Shown here piece after piece: positions 60,478-64,000 of a stretch of DNA of 64,000 nt. Source of the stretch: Auanema rhodensis. Taxonomy: Eukaryota; Animalia; Nematoda. Where the stretch lies: NCBI GenBank assembly GCA_964057225.1, contig OZ059895.1:12648001-12712000 (forward strand). Direction: 5' to 3'. The translations under genes were made by a program, and so were the position numbers. The notes beneath the pieces were generated by a model that was given only the letters and a program-made list of their open reading frames with translations, ran no database searches and was not told where the DNA came from. The first letter of the stretch is position 1. Every line of letters starts with the position of its first letter.

Positions 60478-60802
60478 TTTCAAATTTTTTTAACGATCAT
60501 ACCACGTTGAAAGTACGCCATGCAGCTGATTTTCAATTTTATCTCTTCAGTAACAAATGTTTTTAATTTTCCAGCAGTTTTACTTAGATAGCTCAACCCA
60601 AGGCATCAAAATATCTTCAATCTTATTTCTATATTACAGTTATAAACCAGTAGTTTATGAACCTTCATCTTAACTTCACTGTTTCTATCTATTTCCTATT
60701 GAAACAAACATTGTTTTAACACTATACAACTGTGAAACCTTTTTTAATTTATTGTATTTGGAGCTCATAAGATTTGATATCATCGAGGAATTTAGATGTA
60801 AC

Positions 60803-61219
60803 CGTTCCATTTAGATTCTCAATGGTTCCAAGTTGAGAGATCCAAACAGACTATGAGAAGATGAGTATGATTTTAAATATAAGTGTGTAATGTAAGGTGA
60901 AATAAGAAACAAAAGATGAAATGTATAAAGGTTTATTGTTCGCATTATAATATAATTATACCAAGATTAAAGCTAGAGTTAAGAAAGAGAATATAAAGAA
61001 GATAAAGAGAAAGTAAGATAATGAGATAATGAGATGCCTGAGTCTTGAGGACTCAGGTTTATATATCCATACAACTCCTACTCAGTTTACACAAATTGTT
61101 ACAAAGCTTATAAAAAGTGCATCTAGAATATTCTCAGAATTGCTTAAAAACTATCTGCATTAGTTTAATAATAGCAGCTGCCATGGTCAGCTGCTTTCCT
61201 TTGAGATATGTATGTAACA
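60803..61219 (-). repeat. 3' LTR family B, second copy (417 bp)
   Basis: TGTTACAT (61219) ... ATGGAACG (60803); several substitutions relative to the other two LTRs. Confidence 0.95.
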
Positions 61220-61406
61220 TGCCCCAACGGATACAAGTCAGCTGACCTCAGCTGTTATATGCAAATAATAAGAGAGAAAAATAAAAAAAAAAATAAAATG
61301 GCATGAGATAAAGCAAATTTTTTTTTTTTTTTCAACAAACTATTGATAAAGAGAAAAATTTCAAGAGATAGAATTTTATAAATGATTTAAACCTTTCCTC
61401 TCTTCT

Positions 61407-62051
61407 TTAATCCGCCAGTTGGTCAATTTCCTGGATCATTTCCGTCATTGATGCTAGTCCAAGCAGCTCCATTGTTCTGATGGTTTGGCTAACTGCTTTT
61501 GCCTTACTTTTTGATGCGGACGTGTTGGTAGTCTTTTTTGTCAGTAGTTTTTCGATTACTACTGATAGGTCTTGCCCTATCTCTATCCACGATGCTTCTT
61601 CTTCGGTTCCGCTATTTCCTACAGCTTGTTGTGTCATCTGTGTTGTCCACGTCGGCATTGCTTTGTAGATGTCAGCTGTGGTCTGCGTTCTGGCGGGTTG
61701 TCCCAGCATTATGTGTCGGATTCTGTTCTCTTTCTGGCTGAGAGAACATCCTTCTGTCCATTTCTTTTGATGCTGGCGAAGCTCCTTCAGATCGTTTTCC
61801 TTATAGTTTTTGGTTTTCTCCTCCAATAGTTCCATCATAAATAGGATGTGCTGTGTCTTCTTTTCCAATTTGCTCGTTTGGAGGCTTATTATTGGTCCTG
61901 AGTTGGGCTTCATGCAGTTGATAGGTAGAAGACCTTCACGAAGGTTTTCTACCTCTATCCATTCTTGTTCAATAGTGGTCGCTAGAGGGACCAGTGGTGT
62001 TGGAGTTGCGAGGAATGTAGAGAGTGTGACGTTGGCGAGAGAGGAGGTCAT
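61407..62051 (-). CDS. Accessory ORF3, apparently full length (214 aa from ATG)
   Basis: Homolog of 52029-52628 that retains the C-terminus IRTMELLGLASMTEMIQEIDQLAD. Confidence 0.65.
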   Translation of the reverse strand: MTSSLANVTLSTFLATPTPLVPLATTIEQEWIEVENLREGLLPINCMKPNSGPIISLQTSKLEKKTQHILFMMELLEEKTKNYKENDLKELRQHQKKWTEGCSLSQKENRIRHIMLGQPARTQTTADIYKAMPTWTTQMTQQAVGNSGTEEEASWIEIGQDLSVVIEKLLTKKTTNTSASKSKAKAVSQTIRTMELLGLASMTEMIQEIDQLAD

Positions 62052-62420
62052 TTTGAGTAAGAAAAGTGTTATTGAATTTTTCTCTATCAAAATTTTCTCT
62101 TTATATAGTTTGTTTTTCAGTGATTGTTACAATTTGTTAAAATTAAAGGATAGAAATTAGAATTTCGGTGGTTTTTGATCTATGTCTTATGTTTAATGTA
62201 CTATACGAAAGAAAGAAAAATTATTTTTACAATTCTACGATTTTTGTTAGTTAATTAAAAATTTCGTACTTGTTCTCCTTTGTTTTGCGTTGGAGATTTA
62301 TTCTGCTGCTTTTTGCTTTGATCCGCTTTTCCATGTAGTTCCAATTCTCCATTACTTCTGATTTCTTCGTCTTGTGTTTTTCTTTTGGGTTGTAGTTTAA
62401 CATGATACGGGCGTGAGTTT

Positions 62421-64000
62421 TCATTTCCTATTCCTAGTGCTGCGGCAAGTGTTCCAATTTTTGATTGCTGGTGAGTTTTTGTTTCTGTCCTCAAATAGCT
62501 CCTTTCTGTTTTCATTCTTGAATTGATCTCGTAGCTTTTCGTATGTTTTTGCGTTATTATCTTCTATATCGTTTTGATTAGGACCTTCTTCTTGAGAGAA
62601 AGGTGTCAGCTGTCTGAGGTCCTCTTGAATTCTGTCGATTGTTGTTGATTCATCTTCTAATTGTATATTAGAATTTGTTATTCTTCTTGCTGTAGCAAGG
62701 TCGTCAGGTGTTTCTGAATTATGTTCAATTTCTTCTTCGTTTACTCCTCTGTTATTCCCTGTGATAGGTAACAGTTGCGCGAGAGTATCTGGACTGCCTG
62801 TTGGGTAACAGTTGTTGTTATTTTCCGTATTATTGGTTTGTTCCCATTCATCCAGATTATTCCAACTTGTTTCTTCTTCTTCTTCTTCGTTTGCTATGTC
62901 TTGGTCCTCTTCTTCCTCTTCTTCATTATTTCTTGTTGATATAAGATTATCGTCTGGTGGAAAATAACGTATGTTATTTTTGTGAGCTTTTATAATATTT
63001 TCATCTTGATCCGTTATGCTGATGTTGTTTCCTTCAATTGTCACTATCCGGTATGGTCCATCTCTTCGTATTTGTAATTTGTTGCTTGGGTTCGCTCTTT
63101 GTACAAATACTCGATCTCCTATATCTAATATTCTTTCTTTTGTCCTATGTGCTTGATCGTATTTCTGCTTCATTCTTTTTTCATTGGTGGCAATCTTTTC
63201 CTTGACTTTTTCTTGAATATCTCTTAAGTTTTTGAGCTGATCCGTGATATTTTGTTCTTCCGGTGTTTCCAAGTTTTTGTCAATGGGTAGACGTGCTACT
63301 TGTCCAAACAAACATTCGTATGGTGATGTTTTAGTGGTGGCGTTTGGTAATCTGTTGAGTGTAAAAATAATCTTCGGAAGTATTTTATCCCAATCGTTTT
63401 GTTCGTCATTAACGTAGGCTGTTAATGCTTCTTCGATCGTCCGATGCAATCTTTCTACTTGTCCGTTAGCGTTTTTGTAATACGGCATAGTAGTGTGGTG
63501 TGTAGTTCCAAAATTACTGCACATAGTAGTGAAATCGTTTGAAATAAAATTAGATCCATTGTCTGTGATGATAGTGACAGGTGGTCCAAAAACATAGAAA
63601 AGATATTTTTCGATAGCTGATATAATTTCTTCTGATGTTTGTCTGATTAGCGGAATTGCGATTATCCATTTTGAAAAAGAATCTTGAATTGAAAGAACAT
63701 ATCTGTTTTCTTGTTCTGTCCTAGGTAATGGTCCGAGTATATCCATGTGTACTCTTTGCCATGGTTTTGTTGATGTTGGAAAATTTTTCATTGGTTCCAC
63801 CGTTGCTTCGTGAGGGTTGTTCTTTCTTTTCGCACAAGCAAGACATCTGTTGATGTAGTTTGTAATGTCTTCTTGCATTCCAGTCCATGTAAATCGTCTT
63901 GATATTGAGTCCATTGTTTTGTTTATTCCTAGATGAGCTCCGAGTGTCGGATCTTCATGAAATTTCTTCATAATTGGATTAATTATGTGCTCTTCTCGTG
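62421..64000 (-). CDS. Pol C-terminus: integrase plus acidic tail (partial)
   Basis: HHCC, DDE and GPY motifs nearly identical to ORF 48538-51825. Confidence 0.95.
   Translation of the reverse strand, partial: REEHIINPIMKKFHEDPTLGAHLGINKTMDSISRRFTWTGMQEDITNYINRCLACAKRKNNPHEATVEPMKNFPTSTKPWQRVHMDILGPLPRTEQENRYVLSIQDSFSKWIIAIPLIRQTSEEIISAIEKYLFYVFGPPVTIITDNGSNFISNDFTTMCSNFGTTHHTTMPYYKNANGQVERLHRTIEEALTAYVNDEQNDWDKILPKIIFTLNRLPNATTKTSPYECLFGQVARLPIDKNLETPEEQNITDQLKNLRDIQEKVKEKIATNEKRMKQKYDQAHRTKERILDIGDRVFVQRANPSNKLQIRRDGPYRIVTIEGNNISITDQDENIIKAHKNNIRYFPPDDNLISTRNNEEEEEEDQDIANEEEEEETSWNNLDEWEQTNNTENNNNCYPTGSPDTLAQLLPITGNNRGVNEEEIEHNSETPDDLATARRITNSNIQLEDESTTIDRIQEDLRQLTPFSQEEGPNQNDIEDNNAKTYEKLRDQFKNENRKELFEDRNKNSPAIKNWNTCRSTRNRK

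Larger units (their letters stand above)
53155..60802 (+). repeat. 5S rDNA tandem array, ~529-bp unit, 13 intact genes and 2 deleted units
   Basis: 119-nt 5S gene, T-run terminator, ~29-nt 5S 5' fragment and AT-rich spacer, repeated 15 times. Confidence 0.97.
60803..64000 (-). mobile_element. Second family-B LTR element, 3' part; runs off the right edge
   Basis: Reverse complement of ~50070-53154 with scattered substitutions and indels. Confidence 0.95.

Noticed and set aside
42797-64000. Inversion between the two visible family-B copies as the cause of the missing TSD
   Set aside because: The enclosed segment is 5S at both ends and the flanks do not swap-match.

Overview
Eukaryotic, almost certainly nematode, AT-rich DNA. 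The 5S rRNA is close to the C. elegans type, and no host protein-coding genes are visible. The window is two RNA polymerase III gene arrays interrupted by four LTR retroelements. Layout: (1) 1-5264, the 5' half of a minus-strand Ty3/Gypsy-type element (family A) whose Gag runs directly into a Cys-rich envelope glycoprotein. (2) 5265-28609 and 34641-42796, a 248-bp tandem array of about 126 full-length tRNA-Ser(GCT) genes, with higher-order duplications, a 536-bp inversion and one Ser(ACT) anticodon variant. (3) 28610-34640, a 3'-truncated BEL/Pao element. (4) 42797-53154, a two-LTR gag-env-pro-pol+ORF3 element (family B) with internal deletions and no target-site duplication, joining the tRNA array to the 5S array. 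(5) 53155-60802, a 529-bp 5S rDNA array with 13 intact and 2 deleted genes. (6) 60803-64000, the 3' end of a second family-B copy on the minus strand. Main candidate system: envelope-bearing gag-env-pro-pol metaviruses (NERV-like) with non-canonical TG...CG LTR ends, tRNA-Gln priming and PSAP late domains behind the Env TM, all inserted just upstream of Pol III genes. A second candidate is an inversion-created Pol III unit predicted to make a 76-bp anti-tRNA hairpin RNA. Copy counts and alignments were done by eye; no database searches were run.
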